Source of the DNA: Eledone cirrhosa
Lineage: Eukaryota
Length of the DNA stretch: 64,000 bases
Direction of reading: 5' to 3'
Assembly: GCA_964016885.1 (NCBI GenBank)
Contig: OZ024741.1
Span: 372,124,001 to 372,188,000, forward strand
In this document: positions 1 to 11,329 of the stretch, piece by piece
How the letters are laid out: each line of letters opens with the position of its first letter
Numbering within the stretch: the stretch's first letter is position 1
The notes under the pieces: model-generated
What the model saw: the letters and a program-made list of their open reading frames with translations, nothing else
Told to the model about the DNA's origin: nothing
Database searches by the model: none
Made by a program: the position numbers and the translations under genes

Positions 1-570
1 TGACCAAGTGCTGAAGCTAACGCATTGCTGCACCAGTTCTTGAAATTCGTGCATGTAATTCAACGCCCCTCTCTCCATCACTCATGAAAATGGCACCGAG
101 AAATTTGAATTTCTCCATCTGTTATATGCAAAGTGCACTGCACAGGCTTTTTGGGGAAGATTAGTATCTCAGTCTTCACAGAACTGAATTTCATTCCTAT
201 CATGCAGCACTTAACAGCAATCACCTTCTGATGAGGTAAATAGTACCAACCAATTGATCCTACACCTTCCAATTATGATGATACCACTTCCAACCGAGCT
301 GTACATGTCAACCCTGTTCATGAAGATAATCGTTTCTACTTTTGGCACAAGGCCATCAATTACCCAGTACATTACTGGTACTTTATTTTATCGACCCGTA
401 AGGATGAAAGGCAAAGTTCACCTCGGCGGGATTTGAACTCAGACCGCAAAGGAACGTAACTATGCTGGAAAGCATGGCGTCCGATCCTCTACCGATACTG
501 CCAATCCACTGAAGATAATGAACAGGAGTGGTAAGAGTACAGACTTTTGGCAGAGTCTAACACCCACTTT
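1..570 (-). mobile_element. RTE-clade LINE, decayed reverse-transcriptase C-terminal part, interrupted by a SINE
   Basis: Minus-strand translation gives VGVRLCQKSVLLPLLFIIF, GMKFSSVKTEILIF and EKFKFLGAIFMSDG, which resemble RTE RT motifs (GLRQGCVLSPLLF, FKYLG). Stops and frameshifts are present. Confidence 0.8.
331..509 (-). mobile_element. tRNA-derived SINE (family A) with 10-bp TSD
   Basis: A-box TGGCAGTATCGGT, B-box GAGTTCAAATCC and core GCCTTTCATCCTTACGGGTCGATAAAATAAAGTACC. Flanked by the direct repeat TGAAGATAAT at 321-330 and 510-519. Confidence 0.9.
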
Positions 571-599
571 AGTTCAGCAAATAAAATATTCTGGCAGCC

Positions 600-1286
600 A
601 TTCAACTTTGTAATAAGAAATCCCCTCCTATACCAGGAACTCGTCTGGGGTTCTCTCTAAAGAGAAGTGCATCCTGATGAGGTGAGAAATTACTTTGCTG
701 ATCTCCTAAATCCAGTCATAACATCTTTTGATGTACATAAGATACATCTAGGGGTAAAGACTAACCTCTCAGAGATGAGGTCGCCAGAGCAATTAAAACA
801 CTCTGGGGAGAATGAAATTCAACCTGAGATGTTAAAAACTTTAAATAGAGAAGGTATTCTCTTGTTGACTCATATGTGCTGGGTGGCCTGGATCTCTAGA
901 AAGACATCAAAGCAATGGCAATCAGAAATGAAAATCTCAATTTTCAAAAAAGGGGACAAAGTCTATCCTAAGTGTCTGACAAAGATGTAGGGATATTGTC
1001 AAGTCCAAGCAAGCTGACAAACAGTGTGGTTTTCACCTTGGATGTAGCACAACTGACTAAATATTCACTCTGTGGTGAGTTTTCAAAAAATTGTGAGAGT
1101 ATTGCCAAATGGTGCATGTTTGTTTCGTAGACCTCAAAAAGACATACAACCATATTCCACAGGACTGGTTGTGGAAGGTTCTGCAGGAGTATGGGATAAA
1201 TGGATAGCTTCTCATTGTCTTGAAGTCCTTATATGAATGCCCAAATATATGTTTGGATAAATGGTGCTAAATCAAAATCAATCAGT
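600..1286 (+). mobile_element. RTE-clade LINE, inverted RT N-terminal segment
   Basis: ORF 667-990 (GENEIQPEMLKTL...WQSEMKISIFKKGD) and downstream remnants (CFVDLKK, NGAKSKSIS) match the RTE RT N-terminus. Confidence 0.8.
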
Positions 1287-2337
1287 CCATGGTTTAAATT
1301 TAAATACTTCAAGAGAGAGTTTTGGGTAGATTGGTATTTAAAGGGTTAAATGAAATAAGAAAGTGTAAATTAAATGAAGTAAGAAAGTGTGAATTCCAGA
1401 TAGCTACAATTCTGGGAAGGAAGATTGAGCAACATATCTAATACAGGGGGTGGGGGTGGGGGTCAGATGACTAAAAAAGAGATGGATGCAATGAGAAGGC
1501 AGGCAGCCTGTTAGTTCAGATAAGCTGCACAAATTGTAGTTGCAGAAGAGACAAGGAAGAAATAGGACAAATGTAAGTTAATGGTTGTAGCATGTTGGTG
1601 AGTGGTTGGTACTAAAAATGACATTCAACTGTAGAAAGAATGCCAAAATTTGGAATGTATGTGCATGATAGAATCCTCTTATCTTTCCCAGAAGACTAAC
1701 TCCAAGTAGGAACTGACTCGGATCGACAAAACTCATCCAATCCATGCCAACGTGAAAAACAGATATAGAATGATGATGATCATCATCATTATTTGAGTAG
1801 TGGTGTGTATGACAGATTAATTACTTTCTAGAATATTCCACTGCATTGAGAGTTCAAATTCTAACAAATCCAACTTTACCAGAGAAAAAAATAAGTAGCA
1901 ATCATGTACTTAGGTTAACACTTTTGAAACTATATTTCTAATTAAATACACCACCTATGTCTTTTTGATTAATTTTATAAATAATCATCAATTTGAAGAG
2001 ATTTAGTCAAATAACTAACCATATTAACCCTTTAGCATTTACATTACTCTATATAAACTATTGTATTTTTGCAGTAAAGGCTTTATTTCACATAATTTCT
2101 CACATAATATCGAATCTATGAAATTTTTTTATATTATTCATTTTGAGAACAATAACTTAATATAAGTATGAGTGACCAGTTTGAACAGAAAGAGGAGAGA
2201 GAATTCTGACCAGATACGGCCAGTTTAAATGCTAAAGGGTTAAGCTGGACTTAATACATAGCTTTAAAAAAAAGGAACTGGAATGGTTTGAGGCAGGTTT
2301 GTATCAAAAGGATAATTCAATTAATGTGAGAGATCAT

Positions 2338-2560
2338 TCAGTATCAGTAGAGGGTCGGACGCCATGCTTAGCAGCATAGAGTTATGGCCTTTTAAGATAT
2401 GAGTTCAAATCCTGCCAAGGTTAATGAGTTCAAATCCTGCCAAGGTTATGAGTTCAAATCCTGCCAAGGCCTTTCATCCTTTCAGGGTCGATAAAATAAA
2501 GTACCAGTAATGCACTGGAATAATTGCTGACCTTGTGCCAAAAGTAGAAACAATTATTAT
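2338..2560 (+). mobile_element. SINE family A with an internal ~25-bp triplication of the B-box segment
   Basis: ATGAGTTCAAATCCTGCCAAGG occurs three times at about 2399-2470, followed by the family core. Confidence 0.85.
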
Positions 2561-2849
2561 AATTGATCCACAATATTCAATTATTGATTGAGCGAGATGT
2601 GGTCTCCTAGCCCATCTAAAAGGACAGTAGCTCCATGAACATACTTAGTTTATAAAGACCTGTCCAACCCATGCCTGCAAAATAATGATGATGAGGAATA
2701 AATGTACAGGCTCTCCAAATGTGAGGATGGTCATTTAAAGAAGATCACGACGTTCCAAAAATACAATCATGTACTAAGGCTAATTCAATTAAGCATAAAT
2801 TCAATGATGTGTTAATACTGGAAATCATTATGATCCTTAATATAAGGCT

Positions 2850-3270
2850 ATGGATTGTCAGAATTGGTGGAGCATTGTATTATATGTCATTACGATATTT
2901 TATCCGGTTCTTTTCAGTCTGAGTTCAAATCCCACTGAGGTTAACTTTTCTTTCCATTCTTTCAGCATCAATAAAATAAAGTACTAGTCATGTACTGGAG
3001 TCAATGTAATCGACTTTTCTTCTCCTCACAAATTGTTGGTCTGATATCTAAATTAGAAATTATTAAGGGTGTTTTGGCAGAATTGGGGTGCCTTTGCAGT
3101 GTTTGTCCTGGCTCTTTGCATTCTGAGTTCGAATCGTGCTGAGGTCGACTTTGCCTTTCATCCATCCTGAGTCAATAAAATAAAGTACCTGTCAAGTAGT
3201 ACTGGGGTTGATTTAAACGACTGCCCTGACCAAATTGCTGGTCTTGTGCCCAAATTAGAAATGGTTATTA
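2850..3270 (+). mobile_element. Two tandem SINE family A copies
   Basis: B-box and core motifs at about 2920-2990 and 3124-3190. Confidence 0.8.
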
Positions 3271-3689
3271 TCTTTAATATCATTGATATACAAAAGTCAA
3301 TTATAGACTAAGAAGATGAATAAGTGGTTTGTAAATATAATTTACATAATTGTGTAAATATAATAAAAGTACCAGTCAAGCATTGGAGTCAATCCTTCCT
3401 CTATATCCCTTTCTATCCTGTGGAAGAAATCTGCTGTATTTAGACATGAAAAAGAGATGGGCTTCACCAGGCTTAACGAATGCCCAAGATATGCCGTTTG
3501 TTAATACAGCGCCCATGTAAAGGCACCATACCATACCAAAAAGGACTAACTTTTGAGGAATAGATTTGAATCGGGAATAAGTGAGAAAAGTGTTGCTTGC
3601 TGATCTTGATTGCAAGCATAATAGAACGACTGAAACATTTGATGGTTAAATTGTTATTTCGCCCCTACCTTTTCAAACACTTGAGACTT

Positions 3690-4005
3690 TTGGCAGTATC
3701 GGTAGAGGGTTGGACGCCATGCTTTCAAGCATAGTTACGTCCCTTTACAGTCTGAGTTCAAATCCCGCCGAGGTTAACTTTGCCTTTCATCCTTACGGGG
3801 TCGATAAAATAAAGTACCAGTAATGTACTGAGTAATTGCTGGCCTTGTGCCTAAAGTAGAAACAATTATTACTATTAAATAAGAGAACTGGGAATAAATC
3901 TCGAGCAGTGGTTATGTCCCTTTACGTTCTGTAATCAAATTCTGCCGAGGCCGAATTTGTCTTCCATTCTTTCGAAATCGTTAAAATAAGTTCCAGTTAT
4001 GTAAT
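3690..4005 (+). mobile_element. SINE family A (full copy plus a partial copy)
   Basis: TGGCAGTATCGGTAGAG...GAGTTCAAATCCCGCCGAGG...TCATCCTTACGGGGTCGATAAAATAAAGTACC. Confidence 0.85.
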
Positions 4006-4702
4006 GGAACGACTGAAGTTGAAGACTGTAACAAAAATACTGTTGGGCACTCCTGCAATATTCATTGTAGAATAAGTTCCATCCACTGCTTCTTCATTAT
4101 TGCTCCGCATTTCAAATTAACCATTACCAGGTAAAAATGAAGAGCCTAAAGTTTAAGCAACGGACAAGCTGTGGTCTCTGGAATAAAACATGATTTATCA
4201 GGCATACTGGAGAAAACGCAGGTGACACCTGAGGGTTCTATTTGCCCATCATGTTATTAAATGCCTCGTTCTGGCTAGAGATTACACTTCGTATATTGGT
4301 TGATCTTATTTAGCATATATATATATATATATATATAATTTCTTGATCTTATTTAGTATATATATATACATATCATTTCTTTATTCACAGTTGTATAAAT
4401 AACGTTTATAAAACTTAATTCTTCAAAAAAACATTTTCGCAATACCCAAAGTGTGTGTGTGTGTACTATTTCGGTTTTAAGCTCAACGCTAAATTAATCA
4501 CTTAATTTTGGTCTTTTGTTTGTTTTTCGACTTAAAAAATTATATATATATATATTATAAGAACAGATTAAAGTTTAAGCAAAGAATCGCTGCTTTCACC
4601 CTTGACGGGAACTTCTCAAATTCATATATATATGTATATATATATATGTGTAAGAATATTTTCGAAACAGCGAGTGGGTTTGAAATTATTAGAAATGTAA
4701 GC

Positions 4703-4811
4703 TATCGCCGTATTTTGACTAAAGAAATTAAAGAAATTATTTAGCCTGATAGTGGGGTTAACCCCACTATCAGGCTAAATAATTTCTTTAATTTCTTTAG
4801 TCAAAATACGG

Positions 4812-4816
<5 letters not shown>
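4703..4816. repeat. Perfect 114-bp palindrome abutting (TA)n
   Basis: TATCGCCG...GGGGTT|AACCCC...CGGCGATA with no spacer; centre at 4759/4760. Confidence 0.95.
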
Positions 4817-4859
<43 letters not shown>

Positions 4860-5233
4860 GGTGTTGGATGCTTAAAGTGTCCGTATGAGCACTCGTTGCC
4901 CTCATAGAGCAGAGTATGATATCACAGCTCTTTTTTCTGTGATATATATATATAGGTTCCTCGGTGCGATGAGCAGGAAAACTCCAAATTAGAGTTGCGT
5001 GATAAAATGCAGTGTAGGTACAGTGAATATATAGACATATAGTTTATTGGTGTGTAACGTTTACTTACAACTGGTTCACCAGTTTCAGCACTCAATGCTG
5101 TGGGTCCGGTTGCCGATGAGAGATTCTACATTTGGTATTACACCATATTCGGTACCCTCTAATTAGTTACAACAGTGATATATACAGGTACTTCAGTTTC
5201 GTTGGGTTATACACCGTAACTCATTCAGCCTGT

Positions 5234-5270
<37 letters not shown>

Positions 5271-6198
5271 AGTCCGAAACTTTATTTCCAGCCTTACAAC
5301 AAAAAATTGAACTGAGATGAAATGTCATGATTCACCTGCCAGTGCCACAGCACACGTACATATATTATTTGACGTGTTTGTAGTTTTATTGTTCTCTACA
5401 TTTAAAGTTTTAAGTAGGTGTTGTTTATGAGGGTTATGTTTAGTTACAGGCTAGCCCTGACTGAGCAGACCGACCTGTAATCAAAGACGTTCCGATTGTG
5501 ACATTTCCCGAAATATAGTGCATATAAGAGTGTATGATGAGTTTAAATTAGCTGCTATTTCTAACAGGTTGAACAAATGCATTGGGAACACACCTCACCC
5601 ACGGGCGAAATTTCTCCCACATTCTCGTTTGAAACCACTCGTTGACGAAGTCTTTAAATAACCAACCACTGTATAAGTTTTAATACCAACTCAGTTATAG
5701 AGTTGCATACCTATGAATTTATAAAATTGAAGATTTATTTTTCTCAGCACAAATATGCCATAAGTTATTCCCTTGTGATTAGCCCCTGGTAATAATAATA
5801 TATATAAAAGTTCCCCACATACGCTGGCTCGTAAACCTACAGCAGTTGTTTAAACCCAGGTCAACCCTAATTGAGGAGATATATAAATTCTAGCCTTGAC
5901 CATTCGTTTTCTTTCTGTTGTTTATTTTTTTCTTTAGCTTTCGGGGAGAGGACAACATTTCTAGCGCGTCATCTCTACTTTTATGATCGTAGGTTGTGAT
6001 TTGAGGAAGATTTAGCTGTACATTCTAGCAGGTCGAGAAACCACATAGAGGCTCCTAACGCATACAGGAAAAAGAGAGAGAGAGATAGACAGAAGTAGAG
6101 AGTGAGAGAGCAAAAGTGGATGAGTGATAGAATAGGAAACCAAAGTTTTTAAAAAGGAAAATATACAATTGATGGTGGCGATGAACAGTGTTATTTAC

Positions 6199-6243
6199 CG
6201 ATTCTTTAGGAGATCTCTGTGGCGTCTTTCCGAATAGTCCCAT
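6199..6243 (-). CDS. CHMP3: Charged multivesicular body protein 3 (ESCRT-III VPS24), coding exon 1
   Basis: A 45-nt exon encodes MGLFGKTPQRSPKES and is followed by a GTAAAT donor. It matches the CHMP3 N-terminus (human MGLFGKTQEKPPKEL). Downstream exons were not located in 1-6198. Confidence 0.8.
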
Positions 6244-6299
6244 TTTATACAATGTGTCTATGTATATAACTTTTCAGTGAGAGCTGTAAACAGCCACCA

Positions 6300-6362
6300 T
6301 GAAAACTTCCGTGTCCGCATGCGCAGAGAAGGCAAAGTGAGATTATGACATTCGGGGCGGAA
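6300..6362 (-). promoter_or_regulatory. Probable CHMP3 housekeeping promoter/TSS region
   Basis: ETS-like CGGAAGT (6305-6311, minus), NRF1-like TGCGCATGCG (6316-6325) and GC box GGGGCGG (6354-6360), all 60-120 bp upstream of the ATG. Confidence 0.55.
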
Positions 6363-6555
6363 TGACGGTTGATCGATCAACAACGAAAGCTATTGAACTC
6401 TTACTTGTCTAGTAGATATTTGAGGCGGATTGATAGTGGTTTTGAGCTGATCGATCAACAAGGAAAGCGATTAAACTCTTGCTTGTCTTGTAGATGTCCT
6501 TTTTTATCATAGCTTTGCTGATCAAATGCATTTCAGCCGCGACCCACCACAAGCA

Positions 6556-6735
6556 TACGAGGGTCGGCTGACCAAGATAGTCTCATGAATGATCAAATGA
6601 GAGATATTTTTCAATATGTCCCTGGAAGAAACAATGCAGTTATTAATAAGAAGAGTTGAAATTAATACATGCAAGATTTCACAGCCCTAGCACCAATCTA
6701 TAGTCTGCCTATGAACTTTTCAGCTCACTCTCATA
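6556..6735. mobile_element. Tc1/mariner-type MITE
   Basis: Ends TACGAGGGTCGGCTGA...TCAGCTCACTCTCATA with TA flanks. Homologous to copies at 10161, 17216, 23641 and 30405. Confidence 0.7.
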
Positions 6736-6757
6736 CACTATTACGTGTCCTTTAAGT

Positions 6758-6955
6758 CAGGCATGTCAAATATGCGGCCCGCGGGACGCATGCGACCACT
6801 TACAAGCACACCTGCAGCCCGCACAAAGGTTTTTATAGCGCGAGCGTAATATAAAATTAAAAAATATTAGTTGAAATGTGCGCAATTAGTTGTCATATGT
6901 GGCCCTCAGACAACACATATGTGGTCCTCGGGGGGCCCTCAGTTTGACATGCCTG
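6758..6955. mobile_element. hAT (Charlie-like) MITE
   Basis: TIRs CAGGCATGTCAAA / TTTGACATGCCTG, GGCCCGC subterminal motifs, and an exact 8-bp TSD CTTTAAGT (6750-6757, 6956-6963). Confidence 0.92.
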
Positions 6956-7359
6956 CTTTAAGTAGTGGAGACAGGACTAAATTATCCATTTTAAACATTG
7001 GTAGTGGGGACTTCTGGTGTCCTTGGCCCTAGGACCACCACCATCGGCACTGAGCTGGCTACCCCGGGGAAACGCCTTCTCTATACTCTCCACCGGGGCA
7101 GCGAGTTAGCCCCTATTTGCTCATAATAGTGAGAGATGGGGGTAGCGGGAGAGACGGAGGCAGTGACAATGGGAGTTTGGTCCTTTTGTGTTCGAATCTG
7201 GTGTATATGTACATGTTTCACGGACACAACCACGCATAAACTCAAAAGTTATATTTGTAATGTAATTTGTTAGCTATTATTTGAAACAGGTCGAGGATCT
7301 GTGTAGTGGTTGTTGTTGCTTATTCCCTAATTTAATTTGACCTAGAAGCAGCGCGGATA

Positions 7360-7515
7360 AGAGGAGTGGCTGATTTGGCTACGTCCCTTTACGATCTGAG
7401 TTCAAATCCCGCCGAGGTTGACTTTGCCTTTCATCCTTACGGGGTCGATAAAATAAAGTACCAGTAATGCACTGAGTATTTGCTGGCCTTGTGCCTAAAG
7501 TAGAAACAATTATTA
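7360..7515 (+). mobile_element. SINE family A (5'-degenerate)
   Basis: B-box, core and GGCCTTGTGCCTAAAGTAGAAAC tail. Confidence 0.85.
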
Positions 7516-8008
7516 TTTTATTTATTTATATATATATATTTTTTTTTTTTTGCTACCATAAATAATATTTATGAACATTTTTATTCAACCAAATTCAATT
7601 ACATTGTAGCGGTTGTCTCCCTTGTTTTGATTGGAATCTAGACGGGAAGTGGAACCCTTTCTGCAATTTCCGGTCAGAGCCCTATAAAACTAACAACTTT
7701 AAGCTTCCTCTCTCTCTTTGCCTTTTCGGCACCAGGTCAAGAGTCATCTCATTTGGCTCTGCCATTAATTTGGCCAACAGGCGCCTGGCCTTAGCCAGGC
7801 GCCCTCTGCCAGCCGCGTTTGCCTGGCAATCAAAACGGTAACTACTAACTTTGTTTCATTCTAACATCTATCTTTGACATGTCAAGTATTCTATCTACCG
7901 TTAATTAAATATTATATACACAAACATTGTCTCGTTTTGATACATTCATACAAACCAGTAGTCCCGCTGTATTGGTGACCCTGACGTGGTGCGAGCGCGC
8001 GGCCGTTC

Positions 8009-8026
8009 ATCACGTCGGGGTCACCA
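8009..8026 (-). other. Primer-binding site complementary to the tRNA-Trp 3' end (next to the inverted LTR)
   Basis: The minus strand reads TGGTGACCCCGACGTGAT, the complement of the eukaryotic tRNA-Trp(CCA) 3' end ATCACGTCGGGGTCACCA. Confidence 0.9.
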
Positions 8027-8620
8027 ATATAGCGAGGATACTGGGTGTATGAATGTATCAAAACGAGACAATGTTTGTGTATATAATATTTAATTAACGG
8101 TAGATAGAATACTTGACATGTCAAAGATAGATGTTAGAATGAAACAAAGTTAGTAGTTACCGTTTTGATTGCCAGGCAAACGCGGCTGGCAGAGGGCGCC
8201 TGGCTAAGGCCAGGCGCCTGTTGGCCAAATTAATGGCAGAGCCAAATGAGATGACTCTTGACCTGGTGCCGAAAAGGCAAAGAGAGAGAGGAAGCTTAAA
8301 GTTGTTAGTTTTATAGGGCTCTGACCGGAAATTGCAGAAAGGGTTCCACTTCCCGTCTAGATTCCAATCAAAACAAGGGAGACATATATATATATTGGTG
8401 AAATGCGACAGTTAATTGATGCGTGAGAGAAAAAGTATGTCTGTGCGAATTCCACATGTGCGTGTGTGCGTGTCCTTGAGTATTTTCATAGTTTGTCGCT
8501 AAATTTGCTGTGTATTCGTAATGTTACTCACAAAACCAGATGTGCTATTTTTTTCTTTTTTGGGGGGTGACCACTTATAGCGATGAACGGCTGCGTGTTC
8601 GTATCACGTCAGGGTTACCA

Positions 8621-8810
8621 ATATATATATATATGTTTCTCGTTTCTTACAACGAACACTTTCAAAACAAAAAAAACATTTCACGATATATATATATGTT
8701 TCTCGTTTCTTACAACGAACACTTTCAAAACAAAAAAAAAACATTTCACGATATATATATATGTTTCTCGTTTCTTACAACGAACTCTTTCAAAACACAA
8801 AAAAAAAAAG
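8621..8810. repeat. ~66-bp tandem repeat x3 inside the LTR element
   Basis: ATATATATGTTTCTCGTTTCTTACAACGAACACTTTCAAAACAAAA is repeated three times. Confidence 0.9.
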
Positions 8811-10387
8811 AAATTTGATATTCTTTAAAAAACATCTCAACAGGAACATTTATTTTCGATGAACCATTGCCTTTTGTTCATCGTTCTAGTTTTTTGTTTT
8901 TTTCCAGAGTTCACACCAATAATTATGCTGAGTGAAGCCTTTCTTTTTCATCATTGTCACTTTCAAAATTGCACTATCATTTTCTCGCGCGTTAGAAATA
9001 TTTTTTTTCAACCTTGTATTGGCACGTGTAGGCAGCATAAATTCTCGATTCACGGAGATGTCTCTACTCACAGACAGCCGCACGCCATTTATCACCAGGG
9101 ATTCTTCAGCCTTAAGCTATATTCTTCTATTTGCCGGTTTATAAATTTACAATGTAAATTTACCGTTGATAACCGCGCATTTATTAAGAATGCTTATTTC
9201 TCTGGTCGCTGGCCTCTTGACCCTTCCAGGTCAACGCATTCTCAACATCGACCATCAACTTCGGCTGCTATTTCTAGCACTTTGCGCAACTCATTTTTTT
9301 CTAAAAAAAATTTTTTTACTGTGAATTTAAACACCGAATACGCTCACTCAGCGAGACAACAGCAGCAGCAACAGCAATATAACAGCAACAGCAATACATC
9401 AACACAGCTTCACCAAAGCCAGAGAATTTATTTTTGCAGCACTCTTCCTGTGAGAAAATCCATTCGGAGGTTGGAAATTTCACGATATACCACAGAACAG
9501 AAACCACCTGCATTCATTCTCTGGAACACACTTTCTTTCCTGCTGTCATGTGATTGCACACCTGTGAACTATATTTTGAACTTTGAGCTCTTCTATTACT
9601 TTTACTTTATTACATTGTATCTTTGGGTGATGGATAGATGGATGTCCAGTCGTTCTCTGGCCAAGAGCGGTTGGCTACCTTGATATCTATCATTGATTTT
9701 TCCAAACATTCTTTTGTCGTAATTTTCATGCCTGTTACAACATTCTCGCCAACTTGCTACATATTTTCATTTCGATTTTTATACACTAAAATTCTGGCGG
9801 GAGGTTATGTAGCGGTTGTCTCCCTTGTTTTGATTGGAATCTAGACGGGAAGTGGAACCCTTTCTGCAATTTCCGGTCAGAGCCCTATAAAACTAACAAC
9901 TTTAAGCTTCCTCTCTCTCTTTGCCTTTTCGGCACCAGGTCAAGAGTCATCTCATTTGGCTCTGCCATTAATTTGGCCAACAGGCGCCCTCTGCCAGCCG
10001 CGTTTGCCTGGCAATCAAAACGGTAACTACTAACTTTGTTTCATTCTAACATCTATCTTTGACATGTCAAGTATTCTATCTACCGTTAATTAAATATTAT
10101 ATACACAAACATTGTCTCGTTTTGATACATTCATACACCCAGTATCCTCGCTATAACATTATACGAGGGTAGGCTGAAAAGTTCATAGACTGACTATGAA
10201 GGAGTGATGTTATGGCTGTGAATTCTTCATGGGGACGTCGTACTTACATACGGCGTTTCTTAGACATTTTAAGGCTAGTAGAGCCCATCTCCTCTCCTGG
10301 TCTGAGTACAATAGATTTCTTCCAGAGAAGAATAGAGTGAGAGAATGGAAGTGAGAAAGACATAGAGGAAGAATTGGCTTCAATGCT

Positions 10388-10527
10388 AGACTGGTACTTT
10401 TTTTATCGACCTCGAATGGAGGAAAGGCAAAGTTGACTTCGGCAGGATTTAAATGCAGAGAGCAGAGTCGGAATAAATACCGTAAATCATTCTATCTGAC
10501 GTTCTAACGGCTCAGCCAATTCGCCGT
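10388..10527 (-). mobile_element. SINE family A, diverged
   Basis: Reverse complement of the core: CTGGTACTTTTTTTATCGACCTCGAATGGAGGAAAGGCAAAGTTGAC. Confidence 0.75.
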
Positions 10528-11329
10528 ATATTGTGTTTAAAATATGGGCATTAAAAAAGAAAAAGGTAGAAACTGAAAGTGTCTAAAATCCTGTAAATTT
10601 ACCATAAAGAGTTATTTCCCTTGTATAGGATAGCTGACGGGATTATGTTTGTAGATATATTCGTTTATTTATCAGATAGAATGCTTTGTAGTATACGTTC
10701 CGGCTCTGAGTTTAAATCCTTCCGACTTCAACCTTGCCCTTCATCATTTTGAGGTCCACAGAAAAGTACAAGTCTCTCTCTCTCTCACAGAAAGAAATCT
10801 GCTGTGAAATCAGCATGGAAAGGGATGGTTTCTGCAAGTATTACACCGGCCCCTCTATGGTTCCATTAGGAATTACGGATCCCTAATTACATACTTTATG
10901 CGTGTACTTGGGTTGTTTAGTTATGTGATGATATTCAGTTTCACGCATAAAATAAAATCGAATGGATGTATCTGTGCAGGAAAGGATTTGTGGGATATTG
11001 ATAAAGGTTTTTTAGCAGCGGGTAGTTGTGTAGAGGTTTATATTGACTGAATGCATTCTCGTGTGTGGTTGTGGGTGAATTTAAGAACGTTTTTCTTTTT
11101 CTTTCTTTTGAGTTTTCTAAAGAGTGTTGCGTTGGATTAGATTAACTTTCATCAAACGGGAAACAACTGCATTTCTTAAATAGAAAATAATTTTTCAGAA
11201 AAAAAACAACTATATATTAAACTGAATATACCTTCATGAACAATCTTTGTCCATTTTTAAGTATATTTCAGTGTCAAGTATTTTTTCTCATTATTTCATT
11301 TTATTTTATTTTATTTTCAATCCTTCCTC

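Larger units (their letters stand above)
7605..10155 (+). mobile_element. Non-autonomous Gypsy-like LTR retroelement, rearranged, with three LTR copies
   Basis: LTR1 7605-7971 and LTR2 9808-10155 are direct repeats (TGTAGCG...CGCTRTA). TSD ACAT at 7601-7604 and 10156-10159. tRNA-Trp PBS at 7973. Purine-rich tract GGCGGGAGG just before LTR2. Inverted LTR3 at 8028-8384. No gag/pol recognisable. Confidence 0.88.

Noticed and set aside
3690-3780. tRNA genes at A-box/B-box motifs (also at 43458 and 62400)
   Set aside because: They are SINE heads without a full cloverleaf, followed by SINE cores.
5590-5650. Minus-strand VNEW as a candidate CHMP3 exon 2
   Set aside because: There is no AG acceptor directly upstream, and the following residues do not match KIRKE...DRQIR.
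8582-8620. tRNA-Trp gene
   Set aside because: Only the 3' half with an encoded CCA is present; it is explained as an inverted PBS/leader of the LTR element.
8859-9683. 274-aa ORF inside the LTR element
   Set aside because: No gag, protease, RT or integrase motifs; low-complexity composition.
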